Shown here piece after piece: positions 12,483 to 23,903 of a DNA stretch of 64,000 bases. Made by a program: the position numbers and the translations under genes. Location of the stretch: NCBI RefSeq assembly GCF_056746865.1, contig NZ_CM163382.1, one strand, 5' to 3'. The notes beneath the pieces are model-generated. The model was not told the origin of the DNA. It saw only the letters and a list, made by a program, of their open reading frames with translations, and made no database searches. Position 1 is the stretch's first letter; each line of letters opens with the position of its first letter.

Positions 12483-13447
12483 TACCCCCGAAAGCGGTCT
12501 TGATTCTCAAGGAACCACTGGTAAGTGCTGGCAAGCCCCGCTTCCAGTGAGATTTCGTGATACCAGCCAAGCTGATGCAGGCGCGTCACATCCAGCAGTT
12601 TGCGCGGCGTACCATCCGGTTTGCTGGCATCAAAAACCACCCGACCTTTGTAACCCACCACTTTGGCGATGGTTTGCGCCAGCTCGCGGATAGTGCAGTC
12701 AACGCCCGTGCCGACGTTAATGTGCGACAGCATCGGTTGGGTGTTCTCCAGCCAGACTTCGTGCGCCAGCTCCATCACATGAATGCTTGCCGCCGCCATA
12801 TCATCGACGTGCAGAAATTCACGCATCGGTGTACCGCTGCCCCATACCACCACGTCCGGCGCATTCTGTGCCGTCGCCTCGTGGAAGCGACGCAGCAATG
12901 CTGGGATCACATGCGAATTACTCGGGTGGAAGTTGTCATGCGGCCCGTACAGGTTGGTCGGCATGACCGAGCGGTAATCGCGTCCGTACTGACGGTTGTA
13001 AGATTCGCACAGTTTGATCCCGGCGATTTTGGCAATGGCGTAAGGCTCGTTGGTCGGCTCCAGCGTGCCCTGCAATAACTCGCTTTCTGCCATCGGCTGT
13101 TTTGCCAGTTTCGGGTAGATGCAGGACGATCCAAGAAACAGCAGTTTGTTCACGTCGTTCTGATGCGCGGCGTGAATGATGTTGCTCTCAATCATCATGT
13201 TCTGGTAGATGAAATCCGCCGGATAGGTGTTGTTGGCAACAATGCCGCCCACTTTCGCCGCCGCCAGATAGACCTGGTCAATGCGTTCGCTGGCAAAGAA
13301 ATCATGCACCGCGCGGCTGTCCAGCAGGTTCAGTTCATCGCGGGTACGTAATACCAGCTCCACATCACCGCGCTGTTCGAGCTGCCGCTTGATGGCAGAA
13401 CCGACCATCCCGCGATGGCCAGCGATAAAAATGCGTTGTTTACTCAT
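12482..13447 (-). CDS. fcl: GDP-L-fucose synthase Fcl/WcaG (321 aa)
   Basis: ORF track 321 aa; N-terminal NAD(P)-binding motif ([14 protein letters not shown]); synteny after gmd. Confidence 0.92.
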   Translation of the reverse strand: MSKQRIFIAGHRGMVGSAIKRQLEQRGDVELVLRTRDELNLLDSRAVHDFFASERIDQVYLAAAKVGGIVANNTYPADFIYQNMMIESNIIHAAHQNDVNKLLFLGSSCIYPKLAKQPMAESELLQGTLEPTNEPYAIAKIAGIKLCESYNRQYGRDYRSVMPTNLYGPHDNFHPSNSHVIPALLRRFHEATAQNAPDVVVWGSGTPMREFLHVDDMAAASIHVMELAHEVWLENTQPMLSHINVGTGVDCTIRELAQTIAKVVGYKGRVVFDASKPDGTPRKLLDVTRLHQLGWYHEISLEAGLASTYQWFLENQDRFRG

Positions 13448-13449
13448 GC

Positions 13450-14571
13450 TTATGACTCCAGCGCGATCGCCACGTCGTAGCCGTGAGATTTCAGCAGAGA
13501 GTGTTTTTTCGCCGCTTCGAGGTCATTAGCCACCATTTCAGACACCATCTCTCTGAGGGTGATTTCCGGTTTCCAGCCCAGTTTTTCGTGCGCTTTGGTC
13601 GGGTCGCCGAGCAGCGTTTCAACTTCTGCCGGACGGAAGTAACGCGGGTCAACGGCGATAATCACATCGCCCGGTTTAACGCCCGGCGCGTCATGCCCGG
13701 TGACGGAAACCACAATGCCCTTCTCTTCAACACCCGTGCCTTCAAAGCGCAGTTTGATGCCCAGCTGTGCTGCCGCCATTTCCACGAACTGACGTACGGA
13801 GTACTGAACGCCGGTCGCGATAACGAAATCTTCCGGCTGTTCCTGTTGCAGCATCATCCACTGCATTTTTACGTAGTCTTTGGCATGGCCCCAGTCACGC
13901 AGGGAATCCATATTGCCGAGGTACAGGCACGATTCCAGCCCCTGGGCGATGTTGGCGATTGCGCGGGTGATTTTGCGGGTAACGAAGGTTTCGCCGCGGC
14001 GCGGGGATTCATGGTTGAAGAGAATACCGTTACAGGCGTACATGCCGTAGGATTCGCGGTAGTTAACGGTGATCCAGTAGGCGTACAGTTTGGCGACAGC
14101 ATACGGAGAGCGTGGGTAGAACGGCGTGGTTTCTTTCTGCGGAATTTCCTGCACCAGACCGTACAGTTCAGAAGTGGAAGCCTGATAGAAACGAGTTTTC
14201 TTTTCCAGACCGAGGAAGCGGATCGCCTCGAGCAGGCGCAGCGTACCCATCGCATCAACGTCTGCGGTATATTCCGGTGACTCAAAAGAGACCGCAACGT
14301 GGCTCATTGCGCCCAGGTTATACACTTCATCCGGCTGCACTTCACGCAAAATGCGTGTCAGGTTGGAGGTATCACTCAGGTCGCCATAATGCAGATGGAA
14401 TTTCGGGTTGCAGGTGTGCGGATCCTGATAAATGTGATCCACGCGCTCGGTGTTGAATGACGATGCACGACGCTTAATACCATGCACCTCGTAACCTTTT
14501 TCCAGCAGAAACTCTGCCAGGTAAGAACCGTCTTGTCCGGTTACACCGGTGATGAGAGCGACTTTTGACAT
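13450..14571 (-). CDS. gmd: GDP-mannose 4,6-dehydratase Gmd (373 aa)
   Basis: ORF track 373 aa; N-terminal Rossmann motif ([19 protein letters not shown]) of short-chain dehydratases. Confidence 0.95.
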
Positions 14572-14596
14572 GTCTTATTCCTCTGTATTTTTGAAT

Positions 14597-15145
14597 TTAT
14601 TCAGTTTCAACGCGTTCGCGTATCACCACTGCGGGATTCCCCCGGCAAACCACATTTGCCGGAAGCGATTTAAAAACACTGCTTCGTGCACCCACGACGG
14701 TGCCGTCGCCGATTGTGACGCCTGGGGCAACAAAGACATCGGTTGCCAGCCAGCATTTCTCGCCAATCACAATAGGCGTGGCGTTAATGGTGAAATGTTG
14801 ACTTGCATGGTCGTGGCTACCGGTGCATAAATAACTTTTTTGCGATATCACCGAATGTGCGCCAATGGTTATTTCACCGAGGGTATATAAATTGACGTCA
14901 TCGCCGACCCACGCGTAATCACCTAAGGTTAATTTCCACGGATAGGTAATTTTTACTGACGGACGAATAACTACGTTTTTTCCTATTTTTGCGCCGAATA
15001 AACGTAATAAAAAAGCCCGCCAGCGATACAATACTTGTGGCGACCAGGCAAATATTGTTGCCTGTACTGCCCACCATAATTGCACTTTAATAGCGTTGCC
15101 GCCCCGGAACCCTTTCGGCACCGAGAAACCGCTTAAATCCTGCAT
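14597..15145 (-). CDS. wcaF: colanic acid acetyltransferase WcaF (hexapeptide-repeat family, 182 aa)
   Basis: ORF track 182 aa; left-handed beta-helix hexapeptide repeats; synteny. Confidence 0.9.
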   Translation of the reverse strand: MQDLSGFSVPKGFRGGNAIKVQLWWAVQATIFAWSPQVLYRWRAFLLRLFGAKIGKNVVIRPSVKITYPWKLTLGDYAWVGDDVNLYTLGEITIGAHSVISQKSYLCTGSHDHASQHFTINATPIVIGEKCWLATDVFVAPGVTIGDGTVVGARSSVFKSLPANVVCRGNPAVVIRERVETE

Positions 15146-15160
15146 CGTTTTCCCTTATAT

Positions 15161-15907
15161 TCAGCTTTTGTTATATAAGGCTTTCGTCTTTGAGGTAGTA
15201 CGTTGGCGTAAATGCCAGGATAATTCTGCCCAGAAGCCAGGCACATGTAATATCTGCCGTTGGACTTTTTTGGCGTCAGCACACAATTCCATATTATTGG
15301 TGGTTGATACCCCACCCATGGAAAATTCAGACACCAGGCCATTGAGTTTTTTAAATGCATAACCTGCTTTATACATTTTAGCTGCCAGCGCGTAATCAGA
15401 AGAAACTTTATATTCCAGGTCATAACGCCATTTTTTCAAACCGGATACCGGGAAAAATATCGCCTGATGGCTGGCGGGCAGGCTGTGATAAATATACCAA
15501 CCCGGTTTAGCACTACGCTTAATTTTATGCCCGTCGCCAAAATCCAGCAGCGCATCGCCGGTGATCATCATGTTATCTTTTTGCATTTTTAACTTACGGA
15601 CAAAATTTGCGGCATCCTGATGAAAAATATCGCCCGAATTGAGAAACAACGCGAACTTGCCTTGTGCCATCGCAATGCCCTTGTTCATGGCGTCGTAGAT
15701 ACCGTTATCTGGCTCGCTGACAAAGCGTAGGTTATAGATACTATTGAGATTTTCCAGATACTCACGGGTACCGTCGTTGGAACCGCCATCGACAACAATC
15801 CATTCGAAGCTGATATCGTCCGCCTGCGCCAGATGCGCCAGCGAGGCATGTGTTTTGACTATCCCTTCGAGGTTACGAAACGCGACAGTGATTATGCTAA
15901 GCAACAT
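15161..15907 (-). CDS. wcaE: colanic acid glycosyltransferase WcaE (GT2, 248 aa)
   Basis: ORF track 248 aa; GT2 signature ([16 protein letters not shown]); synteny. Confidence 0.9.
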   Translation of the reverse strand: MLLSIITVAFRNLEGIVKTHASLAHLAQADDISFEWIVVDGGSNDGTREYLENLNSIYNLRFVSEPDNGIYDAMNKGIAMAQGKFALFLNSGDIFHQDAANFVRKLKMQKDNMMITGDALLDFGDGHKIKRSAKPGWYIYHSLPASHQAIFFPVSGLKKWRYDLEYKVSSDYALAAKMYKAGYAFKKLNGLVSEFSMGGVSTTNNMELCADAKKVQRQILHVPGFWAELSWHLRQRTTSKTKALYNKS

Positions 15908-15917
15908 GTTCTTATTC

Positions 15918-17135
15918 TTACCTCGTAATATTTAACGCTTTTCGCAAAATAAACGGACAGACGATTAAAAATGCATATTCCGGGCTAAATATCGAACCGG
16001 TAAAAAACAGCGATACCGGAGTAAAAAGATATAATTGCACGCGAAAATTGCGGTTATCACCAAAAGCGTTGATCATCATTTTTATCACTTTCCCCATGTA
16101 CCACAGCGATAAAAACACCGCGAACCAGGAAAAATAAATAATCAGCAGATACAAACCATTGTCTATGGTTTTTCCGACATCCGCACCGTTAAATATTCCG
16201 AATGATGCGACATATTCATAAAGTGAGCCAAATCTGACTACACCGTCAATATGGGTCAAAGAATAACCGACCATCACCAGCGGACCGACAATACGATAAT
16301 ACGATGACGATCCTTCCGTACCTAAATCGCCCAGACGGGTGGAAATATAAGGAAACGCGATTACCACACCAACCAGGAATACAGCCAGAGAAATCAATGC
16401 TAACGGTAACTTTTTCTTAATCGCCTCTTTATTCAGATATTGAAATGCCCACTCCAGCAAATAAAACAGGATAAAGGTCATAACCCCTGAAAACGATCCG
16501 GATAATATTATCCCTGCGAGAATCATAGCATCGGTTTTAGGCGTTTTGATACCAAACTGTTTGATGCTGAGCCAAATTGAGATTAATGCCAGAGCGAAAA
16601 ATGCCGGTTCGAAATAAAGTGCTGTCGTGCGCTTGCCGCCGAATTTAATGAAATTCAGCACATAGCTGTTGCTGTAAATCAGATATTTCGAAATCGACTC
16701 CATAATACTGCTGCCACCGGTGAGGATAATTTGCGCCATCTCCACCGCCGCCAGCGCCACCACCAGCCCGACCACCAGATAAAAGAAACGTAATATCTTG
16801 CGATGGTTGTGTGGCGAAATCGTTTTAAAGCGAATACTCCACACCATGCCAATAATGATCACAATATAGACAAACAGCATGGTTGATGTGACGTATTTAC
16901 TGGCATCCAGCGACTGACCAAACAGATAGTTAAACGCCGTGAGTCCCGCACCAATCCCTAAGGCAATCATCAATTTTTTAACGCTGATGCGTTCTAAAAA
17001 CAGCAGTAACAAGACAGGTAAAAAAGTGACGATGGTGATGGGGAAACTTTCGCCAAGCTGGGCGATTTTGACGTTAACCAGCAGGTAAATCAGCGGCAGC
17101 AACAGGTAGCTACAGATTCTGATAGAAGTTGACAT
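15918..17135 (-). CDS. wcaD: colanic acid polymerase WcaD (Wzy-like, 405 aa)
   Basis: ORF track frame 15918..17207; start placed at ATG (complement 17133-17135) giving [19 protein letters not shown]...; polytopic membrane protein; AT-rich gene. Confidence 0.88.
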   Translation of the reverse strand: MSTSIRICSYLLLPLIYLLVNVKIAQLGESFPITIVTFLPVLLLLFLERISVKKLMIALGIGAGLTAFNYLFGQSLDASKYVTSTMLFVYIVIIIGMVWSIRFKTISPHNHRKILRFFYLVVGLVVALAAVEMAQIILTGGSSIMESISKYLIYSNSYVLNFIKFGGKRTTALYFEPAFFALALISIWLSIKQFGIKTPKTDAMILAGIILSGSFSGVMTFILFYLLEWAFQYLNKEAIKKKLPLALISLAVFLVGVVIAFPYISTRLGDLGTEGSSSYYRIVGPLVMVGYSLTHIDGVVRFGSLYEYVASFGIFNGADVGKTIDNGLYLLIIYFSWFAVFLSLWYMGKVIKMMINAFGDNRNFRVQLYLFTPVSLFFTGSIFSPEYAFLIVCPFILRKALNITR

Positions 17136-18327
17136 ACTCCTCCAGCATCTGTTGTCCACTGTAGGCGGCGCGGCTGCGTTGGCTGAACTCAGCCAGCGTG
17201 GTACCAAATATCGCCTGCGCGATTTCCGGTTTGCTTAACTGCACCAGTTGCAGCACGTCTTCTTCGCTGACGGTTTTACCGCCGGATTTTTGCAACACTT
17301 CCCGCGCCGCATCGCTATGGGTGGCAATCACCGGCACGCCAATCGATAGCGCCTCACACAAAATCAGCGGGTAGTTATCGACGCGAGAACTGAACACCAG
17401 CGCATCCATCTGATTGAGCGCGCTCATCAGCTTACGTTTGTCGGTTTCAAAGCCGTGATTAACCACGTTGCCAGCGGTGAACGGCGAAAACTTACCAAAG
17501 GTATGCAGTTCGATTTTGTCGCCCAGCGCCATCATCTCGCGTACCAGTTGCTGGTTAGTTTTGCCGTCGTAACGCAGATCATGCGCCACCACCGCGATTT
17601 TCGGCTTGCCCTGGGTTTCGCGCACCGGAGGCAAGTCCGCCAGAATTGCTTCGGTTGCCATATCAATACCATTATTGATAATCCGGCAACGCCCTGGCCC
17701 GTACAGACTATTGAAAGCGTCAGCCACATGCTGGCTGGGGGAAATAAACTGACAGCCCAGCGCCAGCATCTCGCGGAATAACTGGCGTTTACCCGCCACC
17801 AGCTGGTGCGCGCGATCAATCTTCACCGGCGGATAGTTATTTAAGGTCGGGCATTTCTGGCAGCCCGTTTTCCAGCCTTCACAACCGTCAGTAAAGGCGC
17901 AGCGCCCGGTAACGCTCCAGTGGTCGTGCAGCGTCCAGACCAGAGTGACATCCGGTTTGTGGTTTTTCACCTTTTCGCAAAAGCGCACCACGCTCTTGAG
18001 ATTCAACCAGTAGCTGTGCAGCACATGAAAATGCAGGACCACCGGACCCGGTGTGCGAGTAATGGTGCGATATAACTCATTGAAATTGCCAAACAGATCG
18101 CGATTAAACAGACGAAACAGTGCAATGTTCGCCATCGCGGTCATCCGCGGCGTATGTTTGATGACCTGCGGATAGTTCTGATGGCTGACGCTCTCTTTGC
18201 CGCCTTTGCCGTAACCGTAGACAAAATGTGACGCCAGCCCCTGTTGCAGCGCACGCTGGTGGAGATCTAACGCCACACCTGCTGCCCCGCCTTCCGCCAG
18301 TCGCACATTAAATTGCAGAATATTCAT
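17110..18327 (-). CDS. wcaC: colanic acid glycosyltransferase WcaC (405 aa)
   Basis: ORF track 405 aa; overlaps wcaD start by 26 nt; synteny. Confidence 0.9.
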   Translation of the reverse strand: MNILQFNVRLAEGGAAGVALDLHQRALQQGLASHFVYGYGKGGKESVSHQNYPQVIKHTPRMTAMANIALFRLFNRDLFGNFNELYRTITRTPGPVVLHFHVLHSYWLNLKSVVRFCEKVKNHKPDVTLVWTLHDHWSVTGRCAFTDGCEGWKTGCQKCPTLNNYPPVKIDRAHQLVAGKRQLFREMLALGCQFISPSQHVADAFNSLYGPGRCRIINNGIDMATEAILADLPPVRETQGKPKIAVVAHDLRYDGKTNQQLVREMMALGDKIELHTFGKFSPFTAGNVVNHGFETDKRKLMSALNQMDALVFSSRVDNYPLILCEALSIGVPVIATHSDAAREVLQKSGGKTVSEEDVLQLVQLSKPEIAQAIFGTTLAEFSQRSRAAYSGQQMLEEYVNFYQNL

Positions 18328-18812
18328 TTAATTACCTTCACTCGCGCTTTTTCTCCCACCACCAGCGCGTTGTCCGGGACAGAGTCGAGCACCACGCTGC
18401 CCGCGCCCACGGTGACGTTGTTACCAATCGTGATATCACCAAGAATAATGACGTTGGCACCGAGTTCGACGCCGTTGCCAATGTGTGGACATGCCATGTT
18501 ATCGGCACCACGATTGCCGATAGTGACGCCGTGGCGAATGGTAAAATCATCCCCCGCTACCACGTTTTTATTGATCACTACGGCGTAACCGTGATGGATA
18601 GTAAAGCGGCGGCCAATGGTCGCGGCAGCCTGGATTTCATAACCGAAAAAGCATTCGGTGATAATGCGATACAGCACCAGCAGCGGGGCCGCCCAAAGAT
18701 TGTTGAGGACGTTCTTTTTGCGCCACACCGAACAAAAATGAGCAACGCGATAGGCAAGAACCATGCAGCACGGGCGTAAACTCCAGCTGTTGGCGCGCAG
18801 ATCTTCCAGCAT
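18324..18812 (-). CDS. wcaB: colanic acid acetyltransferase WcaB (serine-acetyltransferase-like hexapeptide protein, 162 aa)
   Basis: ORF track 162 aa; hexapeptide repeats; 4-nt overlap with wcaC. Confidence 0.9.
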   Translation of the reverse strand: MLEDLRANSWSLRPCCMVLAYRVAHFCSVWRKKNVLNNLWAAPLLVLYRIITECFFGYEIQAAATIGRRFTIHHGYAVVINKNVVAGDDFTIRHGVTIGNRGADNMACPHIGNGVELGANVIILGDITIGNNVTVGAGSVVLDSVPDNALVVGEKARVKVIK

Positions 18813-18814
18813 CT

Positions 18815-19654
18815 TTAGCGCCCCCGAATACCATCAGCCAGACGTTTGCCGTTACGCACCGACAGCAGCGTCAGCAAAGTGCGCCAGGTCATACGTTTAT
18901 TGCGGATCTGGTAGAGGGTAAACAGCTGATATTTTTTGCTGGCGCGGTCGAATTTGTCTTTGTGCTTGCGGTAAAAGTGGAAGTATCCGGAGAATTTTTT
19001 CGGTGACGAGGTGATCTGCATTTCACCGTGATTGATATGCAGGATCTGCGTCGCCTCTTCCACTTTCCACGGTTCGCCATACTCCACCACCATCCGCAGG
19101 AAGATGTCGTAATCCTGTGCCGCTTTCAGTTCGGTATCGAACAAACACTCTTTGAAACGCCACGCCCAGGTAAAGACCTGATTGCCAATGATATTGCGTT
19201 TATAGAACAGGCGGCGTGAATACGGCGATTTGGGATATAGCGGCAAACTTGCTGGTTGGGAATAGACTTCGCCCTGGCAAACGTAGTCGTTAGCGTACAA
19301 AAAGGCGTGAGTGACCAGTTGCTGTTTATGGGCGAGGAAGACGCTCAGACGGTTGGGTGTCCATTCATCATCATCATCGATCCCGGTGATGTATTCCCCT
19401 TGCGCCAGCATAATCGCCTGGTTACGTACCGCGCACGCCCCGCTGTTAATGTCGTTGTGAATGTAGGTAATACGCGGATCGTTGAGGGCGGTGACGTACT
19501 GTTGCAGTTGTTCCCAGGAGGTGGAGCAATCATCCACGATGATCATCTCCCAGTTGCTGTAGTCCTGGCGCAAGACCGATTTTATTGCCCGAATCGCCAG
19601 TTGTTGGCGGTTCCAGGTTGGCATATAGATTGAGATCAGCGGATTGTCTTTCAT
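18815..19654 (-). CDS. wcaA: colanic acid glycosyltransferase WcaA (GT2, 279 aa)
   Basis: ORF track 279 aa; GT2 motifs (ISIYMPTWNR, IVDDCS); synteny. Confidence 0.9.
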   Translation of the reverse strand: MKDNPLISIYMPTWNRQQLAIRAIKSVLRQDYSNWEMIIVDDCSTSWEQLQQYVTALNDPRITYIHNDINSGACAVRNQAIMLAQGEYITGIDDDDEWTPNRLSVFLAHKQQLVTHAFLYANDYVCQGEVYSQPASLPLYPKSPYSRRLFYKRNIIGNQVFTWAWRFKECLFDTELKAAQDYDIFLRMVVEYGEPWKVEEATQILHINHGEMQITSSPKKFSGYFHFYRKHKDKFDRASKKYQLFTLYQIRNKRMTWRTLLTLLSVRNGKRLADGIRGR

Positions 19655-19696
19655 AGGTTGTTCTCCCGGCTTATGAGCTTGTTTGCTTGCCGGATG

Positions 19697-19732
19697 CGGC
19701 GTGAGCGCCTTATCCGGCCTACGGGGCGGTGC
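19697..19732. repeat. REP element (gccggatgcggcgtgagcgccttatccggcctac)
   Basis: REP consensus-like palindrome in the wzc-wcaA gap. Confidence 0.5.
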
Positions 19733-19746
19733 GAATGCAGGTGTCG

Positions 19747-21909
19747 TTATTTCGCATCCGACTTATATTCGTATTCGTAATAGCCATAATCCTGATACGC
19801 GCTGGCGCGGCGGAAGATGGAGTTCAGAATCACCCCTTTCACCGGAATACCATTTTGCTCAAAGCGGCTCAGACTGGTTTCCACTTCTTTCAATGTGTTG
19901 ACCGCATAACGCGCCACCATTAATGTGGTTCCGACATGACGACCAACAATTGCCGCATCGGTCACTGCCAGAATCGGCGGCGTATCAATCAACACCAGGT
20001 CATAGTTTTTACTCGCCCAGTTCACCAGTTCGGCAAAGCGTTCGCTCATCAACAGTTCAGAAGGATTTGGCGGTACCTGACCGCGCGGGATCAGGTCAAA
20101 TTTGGCAATAGAGGTCGGTTTAGCAGCGGTAGTAATATCGCCCTGACCAATCAGAATTTCCGACAGGCCATTGACGTTATTAGTGCCCAACAGCTCGTGG
20201 GTGTAGCCTTTGCGCATATCGCAGTCGATCAACAACACCCGTTTATTGGTCTGGCTGATCACCGCCGCCAGGTTGGCGCAGACAAAGGTTTTACCAATTG
20301 ACGGGCTAACCCCGGTCATCATCAACACATTGTTCTGTGCCTGCATCATCGCGAAGTGCAAACTGGTACGCAGACTACGGATGGCTTCAATCGCCAGATC
20401 GGTTGGATTCCCCACCGCCAGTAGCAGGCTCTGTTTATAGCGTTTAATCCCTTTGATGGTTTTGACGCTATCACGCGCTTTCTGCCATTCCGACAGCGGG
20501 ATGCTGGCATAGACGCTAATACCGTGTTCTTCCAGTACTTGCGGGCTTTCAATGCCGCGATTAAACAACGAGCGCAGCAGCACACCCACGATAGAAAGCA
20601 TCAGGCCAAGGATAATCGCGCCGAGGATAATCAGCCCTTTCTTCGGTTTCAGCACGCCAGGCTGAGTGATTGCCGGGTCAACAATGCGCACATCGCCGAC
20701 GGTGCTGGCCTCGGTGATTTTCAGCTCCTGCTCTTTATTCAGCAGTTGCATATAGACCTGCTGACCAGACTCGACATCGCGGGTCAGACGGACAATCTCC
20801 TGCTGGGTTTTCGGCATCGCCGTTACGCGACCGTTAAGTTTGGCTTTTTCGTCTTCCAGCGCCTGACGTTTCTCCAGCAGCGTGCGGTACGCCGGGTGAA
20901 CTTTGGTGTACAGCTTGGAGATTTCCGCCTCTTTAAAGGTCAGTTCGTTCAACTGGGCGTCGATGTTCACCATCGAATCGAGCACCGCTTTCGCTTCCAG
21001 CGGCAGATCAACAGAATCTTTATCCTGACGGAAGGCATTCAGTTTGTTTTCGGCAACATCCAAGCGGCTACGTACTTCCGGTAACTGTTGCGCGAGGAAG
21101 GCGAGGCTTTTCGACGCTTCCGCCGATTTGCGCTCAATATTTTGTTCCTGATAGTTACGGGCGATGCTGTTAAGAATGTCGCGGATCTGTTCACGATCTT
21201 CACCGGTATAAGTCAGGCTCAAAACGCCAGCGTCTTTGCCGTTCTCCGTTACCGTCAGGCTGTTTTGCAGTTGGTTGATCATCCCCAGCGTGGAGTATTT
21301 GGTGACGGCAAACTCACTGCCCGGGCTGGCGTGAATGGCTTCAACCATCAGCGTGACGCCTTCTTTTTTCAGCATCTGGCCCGCTTGCCCCCGGGCGCTA
21401 AAGCCGCCGTCGCTGCTCAGGGTGTAGTTTTTGTTGTCCAGCACATTAAGCGTAAACACCTGATCCGCCATCTCTTTCGGGCGGTTAAAGGTGGTCACTT
21501 TCACCGTCTCGTTCTGACGTCCCATCAGGCGATCCCAGCCCGCACCGAAAATCGGGAACGTGTTTTTGCTCACTGCAATATCGAGGTCGAGATCGTCCAC
21601 CGTTTTACCAAGCACCAGACGCGAACGAATCAACTGGATCTCGGCGTCCGATGCAGGCGGTTTGTTGGCTAATGCCGAACCAATGTCCTGCACTAACGAA
21701 TTGCCGCTGTTTTGCTCGATTTGTACCAGTGCGTCGGCACTATAAATCGGCGTGGCGAAGAAGGTGTAAACCACGGCACAGAGGGCGAATACGGTGGTGA
21801 TGCCAATCACCCACCAGCGCGCTTCAATGACGGTGCCGACCAGGCGACCAATATCGATTTCATCACTGCCCGTTACCGGAGCGGCATGTTGTTTTACTTT
21901 TTCTGTCAT
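19747..21909 (-). CDS. wzc: tyrosine autokinase Wzc (BY-kinase, 720 aa; C-terminal Tyr cluster YQDYGYYEYEYKSDAK)
   Basis: ORF track frame 19747..21945; start placed at ATG giving MTEKVKQHAAPVTG...; Walker A (SPSIGKTF) and tyrosine-rich tail. Confidence 0.92.
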   Translation of the reverse strand: MTEKVKQHAAPVTGSDEIDIGRLVGTVIEARWWVIGITTVFALCAVVYTFFATPIYSADALVQIEQNSGNSLVQDIGSALANKPPASDAEIQLIRSRLVLGKTVDDLDLDIAVSKNTFPIFGAGWDRLMGRQNETVKVTTFNRPKEMADQVFTLNVLDNKNYTLSSDGGFSARGQAGQMLKKEGVTLMVEAIHASPGSEFAVTKYSTLGMINQLQNSLTVTENGKDAGVLSLTYTGEDREQIRDILNSIARNYQEQNIERKSAEASKSLAFLAQQLPEVRSRLDVAENKLNAFRQDKDSVDLPLEAKAVLDSMVNIDAQLNELTFKEAEISKLYTKVHPAYRTLLEKRQALEDEKAKLNGRVTAMPKTQQEIVRLTRDVESGQQVYMQLLNKEQELKITEASTVGDVRIVDPAITQPGVLKPKKGLIILGAIILGLMLSIVGVLLRSLFNRGIESPQVLEEHGISVYASIPLSEWQKARDSVKTIKGIKRYKQSLLLAVGNPTDLAIEAIRSLRTSLHFAMMQAQNNVLMMTGVSPSIGKTFVCANLAAVISQTNKRVLLIDCDMRKGYTHELLGTNNVNGLSEILIGQGDITTAAKPTSIAKFDLIPRGQVPPNPSELLMSERFAELVNWASKNYDLVLIDTPPILAVTDAAIVGRHVGTTLMVARYAVNTLKEVETSLSRFEQNGIPVKGVILNSIFRRASAYQDYGYYEYEYKSDAK

Positions 21910-21911
21910 TC

Positions 21912-22355
21912 TTATACCTGCTCTGCGTTCAATGCCTGCGCCCACTGGCGGGCAGACCGTTCAAGTAATGTGTACACCGCTGCAAACGTTTCCCGGCTTT
22001 TGCGATACGGATCGGGGATTTCACATTCGTTATCCCAGTGACCAAACAGCATCACTTTGCCGCGCATCTCGGGTGCCATCTCGCATAAGCGTTCGATATG
22101 GCGCTTTTCCATGGTCAAAATCAGGTCGTAGTTGCGACACAGACGGCGGCTGATTTGTCGTGCACAGTGGCCTTCCAGAGACAGTTGATGTTCTGCGGCG
22201 ACGCTGATAGCAGTAGGGTCAGCGCCCTTACCGACCAGCGCGCCGAGTCCAGCGGACTCCACTTTCAGCTCCGGGTGATAACGTTGCAGTAAGCGTTCCG
22301 CCGTCGGGGAGCGGCAAATATTGCCGACACAGACAACTAAGATGTTGTTAAACAT
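21912..22355 (-). CDS. wzb: low-molecular-weight protein-tyrosine phosphatase Wzb (147 aa)
   Basis: ORF track 147 aa; catalytic P-loop CVGNICRSP near the N-terminus. Confidence 0.93.
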   Translation of the reverse strand: MFNNILVVCVGNICRSPTAERLLQRYHPELKVESAGLGALVGKGADPTAISVAAEHQLSLEGHCARQISRRLCRNYDLILTMEKRHIERLCEMAPEMRGKVMLFGHWDNECEIPDPYRKSRETFAAVYTLLERSARQWAQALNAEQV

Positions 22356-22360
22356 GACGA

Positions 22361-23500
22361 TTACCAGTTATGAATGTCGCTGGCTGTATCCGTCATGTAA
22401 CGGACACCGCTAATAGTTGGCAGCAACTGATTGATCAGACGGTTCCAGCGGGAAACCGGGGCGGTGGTGACATACACCACGTCATAAGGTTGCAGGCGGA
22501 ATTCTGTCGCCATCACCAGCGACGTCGCATCGGACATATCCAGCTGGTAGATATTGGCAATCTTGCCGTTACGCCCGCCCTCGCCTTTCAACGGACGAAT
22601 GACAAAGATGCCGCTGGCGTTGGAGGTGGTCATGTCGATGCCTTCGGCATTGCCCAGAGCTTCAGTCAGGGTCATGCCGCTAAAGTCCATTTTCAGGGTG
22701 CTCTGTTTCTTCACTTCACCCATCACAAATACTTTCAGATCATCATTACGCGGCACGTAGAGAATATCGCCGGGATAAAGCAGTCGGTTCTGATTGAGGT
22801 CGCCGTTTTGCATCAGCGCCTGCAAAGAAATGCGTTCTTCACGACCATTGTGTGTTAGCACCACGTTGCGCCAGTCAGCGGTGTCGGTCAGACCACCTGC
22901 GGCGTTGATGGCGTCGAGAATGGTCAGTGGTACGTTGGTGATCGCCTGTTGACCGGATTTATTCACCTGACCTGAGATATAGGCCTTTTGCGAGCGGAAG
23001 GCGGCGATATTAACGTCCACCTGCGGGTCAGCGATGTACGTCGCTAAGCGCCCGGTAATATCACTGCGGATTTCAGCGAGCGTTTTCCCGACTACGTGGA
23101 CCTTGCCGATATACGGGTAAAACATAGTGCCGTCAGGCTGTACCCAGTTGCCGGTGTCGCTGGAGCTGCGGTACTGACCGGCTGGCGTGGTGAGTTCCGG
23201 GTGATCCCAGACGGTGACATTAAGAACGTCCCCCGGCCCGACGCGATACTGGTAATTCGCGATCTCACTTTCCAGCGTCATATTGGGGCGCGCTACATTC
23301 GGGCGTGGGCGTAATTGGTCAATCAGGCGCGGGGTCAGCGGATAAACATTCACCATTTTGTCGAGATCGAAATCAGCGTCCTGCTGTTTGATGACGTCTT
23401 TGCCCATCGTCGACATATTGCTGCCCGGAAGTACTGTGCAACCGCTTATCAAGGTTACTGACACCAATAATGGCATCAATTTCATTTTGGATTTCATCAT
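22361..23500 (-). CDS. wza: outer-membrane polysaccharide export lipoprotein Wza (379 aa)
   Basis: ORF track 379 aa; lipoprotein signal ending LISGC; first gene of the cluster. Confidence 0.92.
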   Translation of the reverse strand: MMKSKMKLMPLLVSVTLISGCTVLPGSNMSTMGKDVIKQQDADFDLDKMVNVYPLTPRLIDQLRPRPNVARPNMTLESEIANYQYRVGPGDVLNVTVWDHPELTTPAGQYRSSSDTGNWVQPDGTMFYPYIGKVHVVGKTLAEIRSDITGRLATYIADPQVDVNIAAFRSQKAYISGQVNKSGQQAITNVPLTILDAINAAGGLTDTADWRNVVLTHNGREERISLQALMQNGDLNQNRLLYPGDILYVPRNDDLKVFVMGEVKKQSTLKMDFSGMTLTEALGNAEGIDMTTSNASGIFVIRPLKGEGGRNGKIANIYQLDMSDATSLVMATEFRLQPYDVVYVTTAPVSRWNRLINQLLPTISGVRYMTDTASDIHNW

Positions 23501-23678
23501 TGTTTATTTATCACTTTGGCAGAGTAATTATCCTGTGCACTATTAATAGCAATGTCGCCATGCACATTTACCTTGCAGTTAATTGAATAAAAATTTAACT
23601 GGCATCAGTCCTAAAAAAATTGATTTCATCCGCAGGCTATTGACAGAATAATTCAGACTGGTCTTTCAGGCATCCAGA

Positions 23679-23690
23679 CACGCTACCGCC
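23679..23690 (-). promoter_or_regulatory. ops element (GGCGGTAGCGTG on the transcribed strand) within a JUMPstart-type leader of the wza operon; RfaH recruitment site
   Basis: Plus strand reads cacgctaccgcc; reverse complement is the 12-nt ops consensus GGCGGTAGnnTG; ~180 nt upstream of the wza start codon. Confidence 0.6.
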
Positions 23691-23903
23691 CCTGGCTTTT
23701 TAGCTACCAATACACTGATTTAGTTTAATTTTTCACACCCTCTCAGCATGCAGTCGTTGATGAGAAAGGGTTATTACGGAAATTAACTTCCGAATATAAG
23801 GTGACATTATGGTAATTGAATATTGGCTTTCCAATAATGCAGGAGGAAGTGTTACAGCTAACGGAATAGCAGGCAAGGTAACAATTCGGCAATTGGCTAT
23901 TTT

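Noticed and set aside
13483-14280. 265-aa ORF on the plus strand (and similar long antisense ORFs such as 11125..11751, 20524..21084, 21088..21672, 3685..4209, 5728..6321, 6176..6814, 7961..8545, 12557..13078)
   Set aside because: Each lies entirely antisense within a well-supported conserved gene (gmd, wcaI, wzc, wcaK, wzxC, wcaJ, cpsG, fcl); these are shadow ORFs typical of GC-rich coding DNA, with no start context or homology signal.
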